58,560 nucleotides of DNA, taken from positions 1 to 58,560 of IMG/VR virus record IMGVR_UViG_3300020179_000036; one strand, written 5' to 3'. A model generated the notes under the pieces. The model was not told the DNA's origin, ran no database searches, and was given only the letters and a program-made list of their open reading frames with translations. Shown here one piece after another: positions 8,944 to 17,861 of this stretch (its first letter is position 1; the number at the start of each line of letters is the position of its first letter). Origin of the DNA: a virus. Taxonomy: Duplodnaviria > Caudoviricetes. The position numbers and the translations under genes were made by a program.

Positions 8944-9129
8944 ATGGATCGTTTCGGTCAGTACGTCGCCTTGGCGATTGCGGTGCATGGGTTGGCGCTT
9001 GTGATCGTCAACATCACGCCAACGCCTAAGGACGACGAGGCTCTCGATGCAATCCAGCGAGTGGTGGTGAAGTTGTATCGAGCAGTCGAGATCCTCGCAG
9101 GGATCGTCGGGCCATTGGCGAAAAGGTAA
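8944..9129 (+). CDS. Putative holin
   Basis: 61 aa with a TM segment followed by TPTPKDD; lies near the endolysin. Confidence 0.6.
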   Translation: MDRFGQYVALAIAVHGLALVIVNITPTPKDDEALDAIQRVVVKLYRAVEILAGIVGPLAKR

Positions 9130-9132
9130 GCG

Positions 9133-9360
9133 GTGCAACCCTTTGTCGCACGCCAAGAACTGGATTTTAGGCAGGAGGCGACAAAAAGGCTGCTGCAGGA
9201 GCTGCACGAGCAGAACGACATTGATGGGCTGATGAATGTGGCCCTGCTGCTGAACAGCTTGTGGCATCAACAAAGCGCGATTGCCCGGTGGTTTGCCAAC
9301 GAAGCGGCTGAAAACCTGGGTGAGGCCTGGCAGTCGCAGCGGCCTAAGGACGACATGTGA
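9133..9360 (+). CDS. Hypothetical protein
   Basis: Homolog at 48469-48723 (WHQQSAIA.W...EAA.NL). Confidence 0.7.
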   Translation: MQPFVARQELDFRQEATKRLLQELHEQNDIDGLMNVALLLNSLWHQQSAIARWFANEAAENLGEAWQSQRPKDDM

Positions 9361-10060
9361 GATACCAGCCACCGGAACCACCCGGCATCCAGCGTGGGTT
9401 CCAGTTTTTGCGGCTGTAGACGATGCCAGCGCCCTTGGTGTTGGGGGTGTAGCCCCCACCCACCAACTGAGCCTCGCCGTTGGGATCGTTCTGGATCCAG
9501 GCGGCATCGGTGTAGCCGATCACCACAGACCAATGCCCACCGCCCGTAGGAGCGCCTACAGGGCCCTTGTGGAGCCAGCCAACAGCAACAGGCCTGCCAG
9601 CGTCAATCTCGCTTTCCAGGGCCTCTGAAGTGCCATTGGTGTGGAAGTCAGCCTTGAGCCCCAGTTTTCGCAACGCAGCCAGCTGTGCTTGAGCTGAGGT
9701 GCTGTCACCAAACGGCTGCCGAACAGCGTTGTAGGCGTCGTCATTGGAGATCTTGCCCCAATACATGGCAAGCATGGCGCAAGAGGAGGAGAAGCACTCC
9801 CGGTAGCCCTGGCCGCTCTTGTTATCGAGTTGGCTCTGCCACTTGACGTTTAGCGGGTTGCGGACAAGTGCTGCATGTTGCTGCACTGGCAAGCTCTTGT
9901 AGATCTGTGCCCACTCCGCTGATTCAGTCAGTAGGCACGGATCTACGGCCTTGATGTGCTCAGCGAGCTTGATCACACCTTTGATTTGGTGTGCCTGGCC
10001 TTTGAAGTTCTGCCAGAACTGCAGCCACCGCTCGTCAGTAAACTGAATTTCCTGGATCAT
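9344..10060 (-). CDS. Endolysin, C39-like cysteine peptidase (phage Y)
   Basis: SQLDN..RECFSSSCAM, GGHWSVVIGY and NDP motifs; likely start ATG at 10060. Confidence 0.8.
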   Translation of the reverse strand: MIQEIQFTDERWLQFWQNFKGQAHQIKGVIKLAEHIKAVDPCLLTESAEWAQIYKSLPVQQHAALVRNPLNVKWQSQLDNKSGQGYRECFSSSCAMLAMYWGKISNDDAYNAVRQPFGDSTSAQAQLAALRKLGLKADFHTNGTSEALESEIDAGRPVAVGWLHKGPVGAPTGGGHWSVVIGYTDAAWIQNDPNGEAQLVGGGYTPNTKGAGIVYSRKNWNPRWMPGGSGGWYLTCRP

Positions 10061-10089
10061 GGAGACCAAAGCTCTCCACCCATGTAACC

Positions 10090-10383
10090 GTGGCTGATCT
10101 CGCAAAGGAACTTGAGGAGCTGCACGCTTCCGTCATCCGTGAAGTTCGGGACCGCATCGACAAGGGCGGCTACGACGATGACGGCAATCTCAAGCCGACC
10201 AGCAACGATGACCTGCGGGTGGCCTTGCAGCTGCTGAAGCAAAACAGCATTACCGCCAATCTCTCCGAGAGCGACACTGCCAAGTTGCGCTCACAAATGG
10301 CCGGCAAACTAGACTTCTCAGCGCTGAAGAACAAGGTCAACGTGGTGCCAATAGTGCGGCCTGACGAGTCCGCTACCGCTTGA
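10090..10383 (+). CDS. Terminase small subunit (gp18-like), phage Y
   Basis: LEELH...DLRVALQLLKQNSITA resembles 52258-52500 (LADLH...ELNVLRQFLKDNQISA). Confidence 0.7.
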   Translation: MADLAKELEELHASVIREVRDRIDKGGYDDDGNLKPTSNDDLRVALQLLKQNSITANLSESDTAKLRSQMAGKLDFSALKNKVNVVPIVRPDESATA

Positions 10384-12181
10384 CTCCACCAAATGCTCTG
10401 GCCTTGGGCTGTGGTCTCCACCCCATTGCCAGGGCATCAATGCTGGCGCCGGTTTCATCGAACCAGGCCTGGCGCATTAGCTCATCCATCTCGTCCTGGC
10501 GAGCTGCTTTGGCCTTTTCCTGGTCCTGGGCCGCGGCATCAATAAAAAACTTGACCCCCAGGGCTAGCGCATCAAGGCGATCATCAAACGTCAGTGAGCC
10601 CCGCTCAACGGTGATGCGGCTCATCTGGTACATCAATGAGCGCTGGTGGCCAGTTTCGGGGTCACGTTCAGCGTCGTGATAGTCCCTGCGGATCAGCTCG
10701 CTGCTGACCACCAGGCGGTGTTGCTGAACCAGCGGGGCGAGGGTGTCCACGATGCGGCGTTCCTTTTGCTGGCTGACGCGCACCTCCTCGATTGAGACCG
10801 GATGCACCTTGGCCATTGCCGGTGACAGCAGAGCGGTGAACATGCCATCGCCCATGTTGCTCTCAGCCACGCAGTAGCTGACCTGCCAGCGCTTGGCGCG
10901 GCTGGCCAGCATCGTCAGCACCTCCGGCTCATAACCCCGGGTGGTGCCCCCGGACTCAAGCAGGAAGAAATTGCCGTTCAGCTCAGCGATTACAGCCCAG
11001 GCCAGCTCATCACTGCCGCGGCCAGAGGGGTCAATCGCCAGCACGCAGCGCCAAGTTTCTTCCTGCGATACCCAGCCATTCACCACAGCTGGGCGGTGGT
11101 AGTAGCGGTCAGCGCCCAGGCCAACGCACAGCAGCTCCTGGATGCGGTTCTCCGGCGTGGCGGCCCACACCACCACCTCTGGCAGGGCCTTGCCATCAAG
11201 GTCCATCACCATCAGATCACCCAATCGAATGGGGTAGCGATCGAGGGTGCTGAGGCGGCAGTTCAGCTGGTACTGCAGCTGGACCGCAGCCCGGGTCATG
11301 CGGGTTTCGCGCTTTAGCAGCTCGTGGTGACCAAAGCGTTCGGGATCTGTTGGTTCCCCCGCCAGGGTTACGTTGCTCTGAACGGACTGAGCAATGCCGG
11401 GTGCCAAGTTGCCCTCGTAGCAATCCCACTCATCGGCATCGGTCGGATCAGGAAATCGAGCCGGCCAGAAGCGAATTGAGTAGTTCCGCTCGCGCACCAG
11501 TCGTAGGTACAGCGAGCTCTCGAGGTGGGGAGTACCCAGGTAGCGAATCTGTCTTGGAAATACCTGGCGTTGTCCGGCCTGGCTGTAGTCCCTAGGTGCG
11601 TTGGGGTCAAAGTCCGGTTCATCCGGCTTGATGATTGCCTCAAGCTCGGTCACCGCCTGGGCCAGGCGTTCCTGCTTTAGCGGTGTGATTGAGTTGTTAA
11701 GCGTCTCAATGTCGTCCGGCAGCGCCAGGGTGCAGCGCTTACCCGTGAGCGAGGGGGACAAAATCCCCACAGTGCGAACACTTGGGCTCTGGTCGATCAC
11801 AGCAGGGCCCACATCAAAGGCCTTGATGGATGAGCGGCCATCAGGCCTGGGCTCCAGGCAACGAAGAATGTCCACATCCCGGATGCAGCGGGCCATGAAC
11901 GTCGCCACCTCATCGGCTTTCTCAGCGGTAGCCGCTGGAATCAAGACTTTTTCGGTAAAGGGGTCATGACGCAGCCGCCAGAGGGCGTAGCTACCGGACT
12001 CAAAGCTCTTGCCCAACCCGCGGTAGGCCGTGGTGATGGAACGATCAGGACCGTTCTCGAGCCATTCAGCGACTTCCAACTGGCGGATGGTCGGCGTATC
12101 CGCCAGGTTCAGCTCCCGCAGCAGGTAGCAAAGGAAATGGGGGAAAGGCCCTAGTTCAGGTGGCAACGGTTCCCATTGCAT
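10373..12181 (-). CDS. Terminase large subunit (gp19-like), phage Y
   Basis: AYRGLGKS Walker A, DDIE Walker B, LGTP, IDPSGRGSDE nuclease motif and DDRLDAL. Confidence 0.95.
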   Translation of the reverse strand: MQWEPLPPELGPFPHFLCYLLRELNLADTPTIRQLEVAEWLENGPDRSITTAYRGLGKSFESGSYALWRLRHDPFTEKVLIPAATAEKADEVATFMARCIRDVDILRCLEPRPDGRSSIKAFDVGPAVIDQSPSVRTVGILSPSLTGKRCTLALPDDIETLNNSITPLKQERLAQAVTELEAIIKPDEPDFDPNAPRDYSQAGQRQVFPRQIRYLGTPHLESSLYLRLVRERNYSIRFWPARFPDPTDADEWDCYEGNLAPGIAQSVQSNVTLAGEPTDPERFGHHELLKRETRMTRAAVQLQYQLNCRLSTLDRYPIRLGDLMVMDLDGKALPEVVVWAATPENRIQELLCVGLGADRYYHRPAVVNGWVSQEETWRCVLAIDPSGRGSDELAWAVIAELNGNFFLLESGGTTRGYEPEVLTMLASRAKRWQVSYCVAESNMGDGMFTALLSPAMAKVHPVSIEEVRVSQQKERRIVDTLAPLVQQHRLVVSSELIRRDYHDAERDPETGHQRSLMYQMSRITVERGSLTFDDRLDALALGVKFFIDAAAQDQEKAKAARQDEMDELMRQAWFDETGASIDALAMGWRPQPKARAFGGVKR

Positions 12182-12292
12182 CAAGAGAGCCCTCCCACAT
12201 CCAAGGACGCAGAAGGGCTCTCCCAACAACCACCACCAGACACAAGATCTGGCAGTGAGCTTCCCAGCACCACCTGGGTGAGCACGACAACT

Positions 12293-12523
12293 TTAGCCGC
12301 CAACAAAAGCCTCGTTCACTTCAGGAGTTTGCGGATCGTCGCCGAGGTATTCGCCTTTCTTGTTACGGGCACGTGCTTTTGAGGTGTCCTTCGTTGGGGC
12401 AGGACAAGCACCTCCACAAGGCGATGCCAGAGCAGCTTCAGCGGCTTCGACAACTTCAGTTGGAACATCAGATCCGTACTGCTGAAGACCAAGACGAATC
12501 CGCTCGTTATTGGAGAGATACAT
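12293..12523 (-). CDS. Hypothetical protein
   Basis: RARNKKGEYLGDDPQTPEVNEAF motif, common in small phage proteins; an operator overlaps the start codon. Confidence 0.7.
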   Translation of the reverse strand: MYLSNNERIRLGLQQYGSDVPTEVVEAAEAALASPCGGACPAPTKDTSKARARNKKGEYLGDDPQTPEVNEAFVGG

Positions 12524-12565
12524 GAGTGGAGAGCAGATGACAGCAGGCTACCCAGAACGTTGTTG

Positions 12566-12940
12566 TCAATCCACTGTGTCCTCAAATTGTTGCCAAAGGT
12601 GGCCGCGGCGGCTTGGTCCACCAACAGAGGCCAGGAATGGATTAATCAGGAAGTAGGTCTCTCCAGTGCGTCGATCAACAATGCGTCGCACCAGGTTCTC
12701 CTTGCGCAGGCGGGTGATGGCGCTGACGGCTACAGGCAGCTTGACCTGCAGCCGTTCTGCAATGAATCGGGTGGAGACATGCGCACGACCGCTGCGCCAG
12801 TTGACGTAGTTGAGCAGCACCAAGAACACAGCAGCGTCCCTGAGCTCTAGCTTCCGCTCGCCCAATAGGGCGATAGTTGAATCGAGATCGCGCTGGTGGA
12901 CCATCACGAAGTTCTCGTCACCGTTTTCTCTAGGCTTCAT
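12566..12940 (-). CDS. Winged-HTH protein, RepL-like
   Basis: IAERLQVKLPVAVSAITRLRKENLV HTH followed by YFLINP. Confidence 0.6.
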   Translation of the reverse strand: MKPRENGDENFVMVHQRDLDSTIALLGERKLELRDAAVFLVLLNYVNWRSGRAHVSTRFIAERLQVKLPVAVSAITRLRKENLVRRIVDRRTGETYFLINPFLASVGGPSRRGHLWQQFEDTVD

Positions 12941-13081
12941 GCAGTCAGTACGGCGTTGCTGACGGACCCAGACACCTAGGTGTGACACCAGGTGTGCCAG
13001 CTTGCCCTCCCTGGATGCGACCCAGTGGGGGCAACGGGTCTTGACCACCTCAGTTTAACCCTATAGCAACACAGGTGGAGA

Positions 13082-13630
13082 GCATCCCTTTTCGCCCAAT
13101 GCCTCCTCACCGGACCCTCTGATCTCTCTACTGGTGGAAAAAAGAAATCCACCCACACAACCCCGCCCCTGCGACAAATCCCGCACACACCCACACCCCC
13201 TCCCTCACGCACCTCCCTGCCATTCCGTGAAACCCCCTGACAGCTCGTGGGCACACCGCTGCTATTACCCCCCCTCTCCCGTTTTTGGGTCGCGTGATGT
13301 GATGGCGTCCCCTACCAGCGCACGCAGCGCAGCCCCCCTTAGGGGCCCTCGTGCGCCTCTGTAGGGCTTCGGGGGGCCCTGGGGGTGTCTCTGTGCAGAC
13401 GGGTCGGGGGAGGGGGCTTCCTGGGCCTCCTGGGGGCCAGTTGCAGCGGCAAGTGCTCGCAGCCCTGCAGCCGGTGCCGGTGATCGCTGGCAGGCCCTGG
13501 CGTTCTTGCGGACTGTGCATCCGATGGCACCGGCTGGGCCCAGGTGATGGCAGCTGCTGGCAAGTGCTGGAGAACTGGTAAGGCCTGGCCCGGGTCGCAG
13601 CGGGTGAGGCCAGGCCCTGACGGGTCGCAG
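13082..13630. other. Probable genome-end / concatemer junction region of phage Y
   Basis: Non-coding, C-rich then G-rich, between the terminase block and the first early gene; this is the T7-like terminal-repeat position. Confidence 0.55.
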
Positions 13631-13757
13631 CTTGTTTGTTAAAAATTGTTACAGATTGTGTGTGGTCCCCCCTGCTTAACTTCCACCCATGGAGAGAACC
13701 AGCTAGAACGTGGGCACTGCTCGCCACCTGTGGTGAGCATCAACAACCACCACCACC

Positions 13758-14732
13758 ATGACCACCACCACCACCAAGGCCCGCAAGGGCCGCAAGACTT
13801 ACGACGGCCCTACGGCTGAGGAGAAGCTCTGCAGCGAGCTAGTGGCTCTCCTTGAGCAAGGGGTGAACCCTTGGCGTCGGGACTGGGCCAGCAGCGGCCA
13901 ACAGGGCCAGCATCGCAACCTGCTCACCGGGGCCAGCTACCGGGGAAGCAACCCTGCAGTGCTTGAGATGTACTCAGCCTGTAGAGGTTTCACCTTGCCG
14001 CTGTGGCTGGGCTGCGCTCAGGCCAAGGCCCAGGGCTGGTTCCCGCGTAAGGGTTCGAAGGGCTGCTACGTGCTCAGGCCACAGCTCAACAAACGAGAGC
14101 TAGAGGATGACAACGGCCAACCACTGCTGCAGCCCGATGGCACGCGATCAGTGGCGGCCTGGGTGAGCTACAAACCGGCCTGCGTCTTTAACGTCGCCGA
14201 CCTGGTGGGCGGTGATGAAGCCAGCCAGGAGGTACTGCAGAACGCCATTGCCGCGGCCATGGCCGGGGCCGTGGTGAAGCCTGAACCTGAACGCCTGGCA
14301 GCTGCTGAGGCTGTGCTCGGGGCCTGGCCTGTCAGCACCACCTGGGCCGGTGATCGGGCTTTTTACAACTCCGGCGCTGATCAGATCACGATGCCCACCA
14401 GGGCCCAGTTCGGCACAGCTGCTGGCCTGTATGCCACCTGGGCCCATGAACAGGCCCACAGCACCGGACACAGCAGCCGGCTAGCCCGTGATCTATCTGG
14501 CGGGTTTGGCAGCCAGAAATACGCCAGGGAGGAACTGGTTGCAGAGCTCGCAGCCTTCCTGATCTGCAACCGCCTGCAGATCCCCTCAGCTGCAGAGAAC
14601 CACGCCGCCTACCTGGGCCACTGGGCCGGTGTGCTCAAGGAAGGCCACAAGGTGCTTTTCAAGGCCCTGAGCGATGCCACCAAGGCCGCCAACGCGATCT
14701 GCGGGCCGGAAGTGGTAGAGGCCGACGGCTGA
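13758..14732 (+). CDS. ardC: ArdC-like antirestriction / ssDNA-binding protein with a zincin domain
   Basis: PWRRDW, YRGSN, VFNVAD, HEQAHSTGH, YAREELVAEL and HAAYLGHW motifs. Confidence 0.88.
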   Translation: MTTTTTKARKGRKTYDGPTAEEKLCSELVALLEQGVNPWRRDWASSGQQGQHRNLLTGASYRGSNPAVLEMYSACRGFTLPLWLGCAQAKAQGWFPRKGSKGCYVLRPQLNKRELEDDNGQPLLQPDGTRSVAAWVSYKPACVFNVADLVGGDEASQEVLQNAIAAAMAGAVVKPEPERLAAAEAVLGAWPVSTTWAGDRAFYNSGADQITMPTRAQFGTAAGLYATWAHEQAHSTGHSSRLARDLSGGFGSQKYAREELVAELAAFLICNRLQIPSAAENHAAYLGHWAGVLKEGHKVLFKALSDATKAANAICGPEVVEADG

Positions 14733-14825
14733 CGGCTGCACGGGGCCCTGCCTGCCACCTGCAGGTGGGCCCTCTGCAGCCCTCACCGGCTGCCCAACAA
14801 CAACCACCACCACCACAACTGAACA

Positions 14826-15026
14826 ATGCTCACTGAACTTGAGCTGCGCATGGCCACCTATGGCTTCGTGCGGCGTGTGATCCACCTGCTCACTGATGCC
14901 GGCTGGGGCATCGAAGCCAAGACGCTTCAGAACGACCTTGACAGGGCGACAGCAGATCTGCCGCACCTGCTGGCAGTGCGCGAGAGCGCTGAGCTACTGG
15001 CCGCCCAGCTGGAGGCTCAGCAATGA
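14826..15026 (+). CDS. Early hypothetical protein
   Basis: ATG after an AC-rich leader; coupled to 15023-15205. Confidence 0.55.
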   Translation: MLTELELRMATYGFVRRVIHLLTDAGWGIEAKTLQNDLDRATADLPHLLAVRESAELLAAQLEAQQ

Positions 15027-15257
15027 AACCAGCTGACATTGCCACCGGCGTGATCGCTATCTGGGCCCTGGGCGCTCTTGCTCTGCAGCAACCACAGCCA
15101 CAGCCCCGCAACCACCTGCGGCCAGCTGCAGCAACCCAACCGACCTTGACAGCGCCCCATCAACTCCCTGATCGGCGCACCCTCAGTCAATTCCCTGGCC
15201 CTTGAGCTACCAACCATGCCAACACTCACGAGAGAATGTCTGCACACCTGCAGATTC

Positions 15258-15476
15258 ATGCTGAACCTCACCATCACTGCAGCAGAAGCCGAGCTGCTGG
15301 TTGCCTTGCTCAGACCGCGAGCACACCTTTTGCACGAGCTGCTGGAGGTGCAGATCCAAGCGTGCGAACCCGGTGATGACACCTGGGCCAACACCCAGCG
15401 CGATCTGCGGGTGGCCAACAAGGCCTTGATCAAGATGCGAAACCTCCAGCTGCAGTACGAGCAGGAGGCCAGGTGA
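15258..15476 (+). CDS. Early hypothetical protein
   Basis: Probable start at ATG 15258, just after operator 15239-15254; coupled to 15473. Confidence 0.55.
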   Translation: MLNLTITAAEAELLVALLRPRAHLLHELLEVQIQACEPGDDTWANTQRDLRVANKALIKMRNLQLQYEQEAR

Positions 15477-15886
15477 GCAACATCACAGACACGGCCCGCT
15501 TTCTTGGCGCCTTGCGGCAGAAGAACCGCGTGGTGCCGCTTGAAACCGCCGAGACCTTGCTGCTGATTGCAGCTGGCATTGACAACGTGCCAGATCTGCA
15601 ACGAGCAATGAGTGACAGCGACGGCAAGCTCCTGCCTGCGGCAACTGTCAGCAGGCTGATTGCTTTGCTGCGTGGCAAGGCCCGCTACCACCAGGGGAGT
15701 TGGGTGGAGAGCCCTTATTCCCTGCTGGATGTAAGGCCGCACCCACACCGCCGCGGCCACCAGCTGCAGCTGAGTGCGGTTGGGCAGCAGCTCATCAGCT
15801 CCTATTTTGGGGAGTACGTTTGCACTACTTCCCTAGTAGTCTCACCATCCACCTGCGAGGAAGAAACCCTGTGTCCGTCAAGCTGA
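15473..15886 (+). CDS. MarR-like winged-HTH regulator
   Basis: ATVSRLIALL...LLDVRPHPHRRGHQLQLSAVGQQL; paralogous to 16017-16334. Confidence 0.65.
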   Translation: MSNITDTARFLGALRQKNRVVPLETAETLLLIAAGIDNVPDLQRAMSDSDGKLLPAATVSRLIALLRGKARYHQGSWVESPYSLLDVRPHPHRRGHQLQLSAVGQQLISSYFGEYVCTTSLVVSPSTCEEETLCPSS

Positions 15887-16016
15887 TTGCTTCTCTGGAA
15901 GTGCCTATTGGTGAGGCGTGGAAAGGGTTTTCCCTATACCTTGAGATGATTGGTGCAAAACACGCAATCATTCTCCACAGGTGCCAGACTCCTAGGAGTC
16001 GTCGTCGCCACGGCCC

Positions 16017-16334
16017 ATGGATTTACGTCAGCTGGGGAACGCTCTGGCTGCTTTTTCCATTCTCAGCCCAACGTCGTTCCCGCTTCACCATGCGGAGGTC
16101 TTCCTGGTGGTCGCTCGCCGGGGGCAAGCAACTTATCGGGAGCTGGAGGAAGCTTTGAACCTTTCCAACAGCACAGTGTCCCGGACCGTCCATGCCTTGG
16201 GCGAGGTCCACCGCAAGGGATACGACGGCCATGCCCTGGTTGAAGTCGTCCGCGATCCCGATGAGGGCCGCCGCTTTGTCATTCAGTTGAGCGCCAAGGG
16301 CAAGGCCCTGGTCCGTCAACTGGAGGGCCTCTGA
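16017..16334 (+). CDS. MarR-like winged-HTH regulator (candidate repressor or excisionase)
   Basis: TYRELEEALNLSNSTVSRTVHAL...DPDEGRRFVIQLSAKG; directly upstream of the integrase. Confidence 0.8.
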   Translation: MDLRQLGNALAAFSILSPTSFPLHHAEVFLVVARRGQATYRELEEALNLSNSTVSRTVHALGEVHRKGYDGHALVEVVRDPDEGRRFVIQLSAKGKALVRQLEGL

Positions 16335-16369
16335 GCTCTCACACAACAACCACCACCACCTACAAACCA

Positions 16370-17368
16370 ATGGCAGGCACCGTCCGTAAGGCCTCTGACG
16401 GCAGCTGGATTGCCGACGTCACCGTCAACGGTGTGCGTCGCACTGGCAAATGCAAAAGCCGATCAGAAGCCCTGGCCCGCAAGCGAGAACTGCTCGAGCT
16501 GCTGCTGCAGCGCGATGCCAAGCCCCTTGCAGCCCCTCCGTACACCCTTAAAGAAGCCCGAGCTCTGTCCCTGCGCATCCGCTGGGCAGGCACCGCCTAC
16601 GAGCGCACAGCAGCGATCTACAGCCGCGAGGCCGTGGACTATTTCGGTGAGTTCTTCCCGGCCAACGAGATCACAGCTGCCTCTGTTGACACCTGGCGGC
16701 AGAAGCTGCTGTCCAAGGGCAACCGCCCCAGCACGGTCAACCGCAAGGTGTCAGCCATCAGGGCCATGCTCGCTGATGCCCACCTGCACGGGCACCTGCA
16801 GGAAATACCGCGGATGCCCCAGCAGCTGCGCCTGGTCAACACCAAAGACCGGGTGATCAGCGATGAGGAGCGCGATCGCTTCTGTCTGTACTTCAGGCAG
16901 GTGGGCGAGCCCGCCGCGGCCGACGTGCTGGTGTTCCTGCTTGAGACCGCCTGCCGGTGGGGTGAGGCCGAGCGGGTGAGGGGTCAGGACGTTGATCTGG
17001 TGAAGGGTCGCGTCACCTTCTGGGCCACCAAGAACGGCAAGCCCCGCTCTGTGCCGTTGACCCGCCGTGCCATTGAGGCCCTGGAGCCGCACCTGCCGGC
17101 CGTGCCCAGCCATCGAGTGTGGCCCTACAAGTACACCCGCTATCAGCACCTGTTCAACCTGGCTAAGGGTGCCCTGGGCCTGGCCAATGACAGGGCCCTG
17201 TCTATTCACACCACGCGCCACACCTGCGCCAGCAAGCTGGCCAGCAAGGGCATCCCGCTGCACCAGCTGATGACCTTCGGAGGATGGACAAGCCTGGCCT
17301 CAGTGCAGCGCTACCTGCACCTGCACACCGACGCCCTGGCCGCCTGCGTCAGCGCACTGGAGAGCTGA
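16370..17368 (+). CDS. int: Tyrosine integrase, phage Y
   Basis: Catalytic R (TACRWGE), K (TKNG), HxxR (HTTRH), W (GGW) and Y (QRY); N-terminal arm-binding beta domain. Confidence 0.93.
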   Translation: MAGTVRKASDGSWIADVTVNGVRRTGKCKSRSEALARKRELLELLLQRDAKPLAAPPYTLKEARALSLRIRWAGTAYERTAAIYSREAVDYFGEFFPANEITAASVDTWRQKLLSKGNRPSTVNRKVSAIRAMLADAHLHGHLQEIPRMPQQLRLVNTKDRVISDEERDRFCLYFRQVGEPAAADVLVFLLETACRWGEAERVRGQDVDLVKGRVTFWATKNGKPRSVPLTRRAIEALEPHLPAVPSHRVWPYKYTRYQHLFNLAKGALGLANDRALSIHTTRHTCASKLASKGIPLHQLMTFGGWTSLASVQRYLHLHTDALAACVSALES

Positions 17369-17369
17369 G

Positions 17370-17585
17370 ATGACTGAGCTGTTCTTGATGGCCCAGCTGG
17401 CCGCTCCTGCCTGCGGCTGGAATTACGGGGCCCAGATCACACCGGACAACAGCTACGTGCTGGGCTGCTCAGTGCCCAATACTTCAGGCGATTACGGAAC
17501 CGTGCTACGCATGGATCCGTTCACGCCTGGCGGGATTCGCACCGAGTCAGCTGCACCTGCACCGTTGCCTGTCTTCACACCTTGA
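17370..17585 (+). CDS. Hypothetical protein between int and attP
   Basis: 71-aa ORF starting 1 bp after the int stop codon. Confidence 0.55.
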   Translation: MTELFLMAQLAAPACGWNYGAQITPDNSYVLGCSVPNTSGDYGTVLRMDPFTPGGIRTESAAPAPLPVFTP

Positions 17586-17706
17586 TGGCTTTGCTGTGGA
17601 TGCGTCCACCGGCCTGAAAAATCTGCCGATGCGTTTGGCAGAGATGCTTGAAGCAGACCCATTGGCAGACCCCCTAAATCCCCGAGATGCCTTATGGTGA
17701 CTGGGC

Positions 17707-17749
17707 GGGGGTCTAGCTATCTGGTGAAAGCAGCGGACTCATAATCCGC
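17707..17749 (+). other. attP core of phage Y: 5' half of a tRNA with CAT anticodon (Ile2/Met-type)
   Basis: GGGGGTCTAGCTATCTGGTGAAAGCAGCGGA-CTCATAA-TCCGC gives acceptor 5' strand, D-arm and anticodon arm, but no T-arm or 3' end; downstream of int. Confidence 0.8.
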
Positions 17750-17861
17750 TGCAAGACCATCCACCCCTGCAGAGCAGTCGTGTTTCCTGTCTGCTGCTAG
17801 GCGTTAGACAGTTCTGCATAGGTGGGGTGGAATTGGTGCCGAAAGCACCCGTAACTGCCGA

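Noticed and set aside
13637-13653. NtcA binding site
   Set aside because: Spacing and left half do not fit GTA-N8-TAC; a direct-repeat reading fits better.
13128-13727. ORFs in the genome-end regions (also 52898-53347)
   Set aside because: Pro/Gly/Arg-rich translations of GC-skewed non-coding DNA, with no coupling or recognisable motifs.
17707-17749. Complete tRNA genes here and at 58028-58080
   Set aside because: Each is only half a tRNA, ending at the anticodon arm, and is better explained as an att core.
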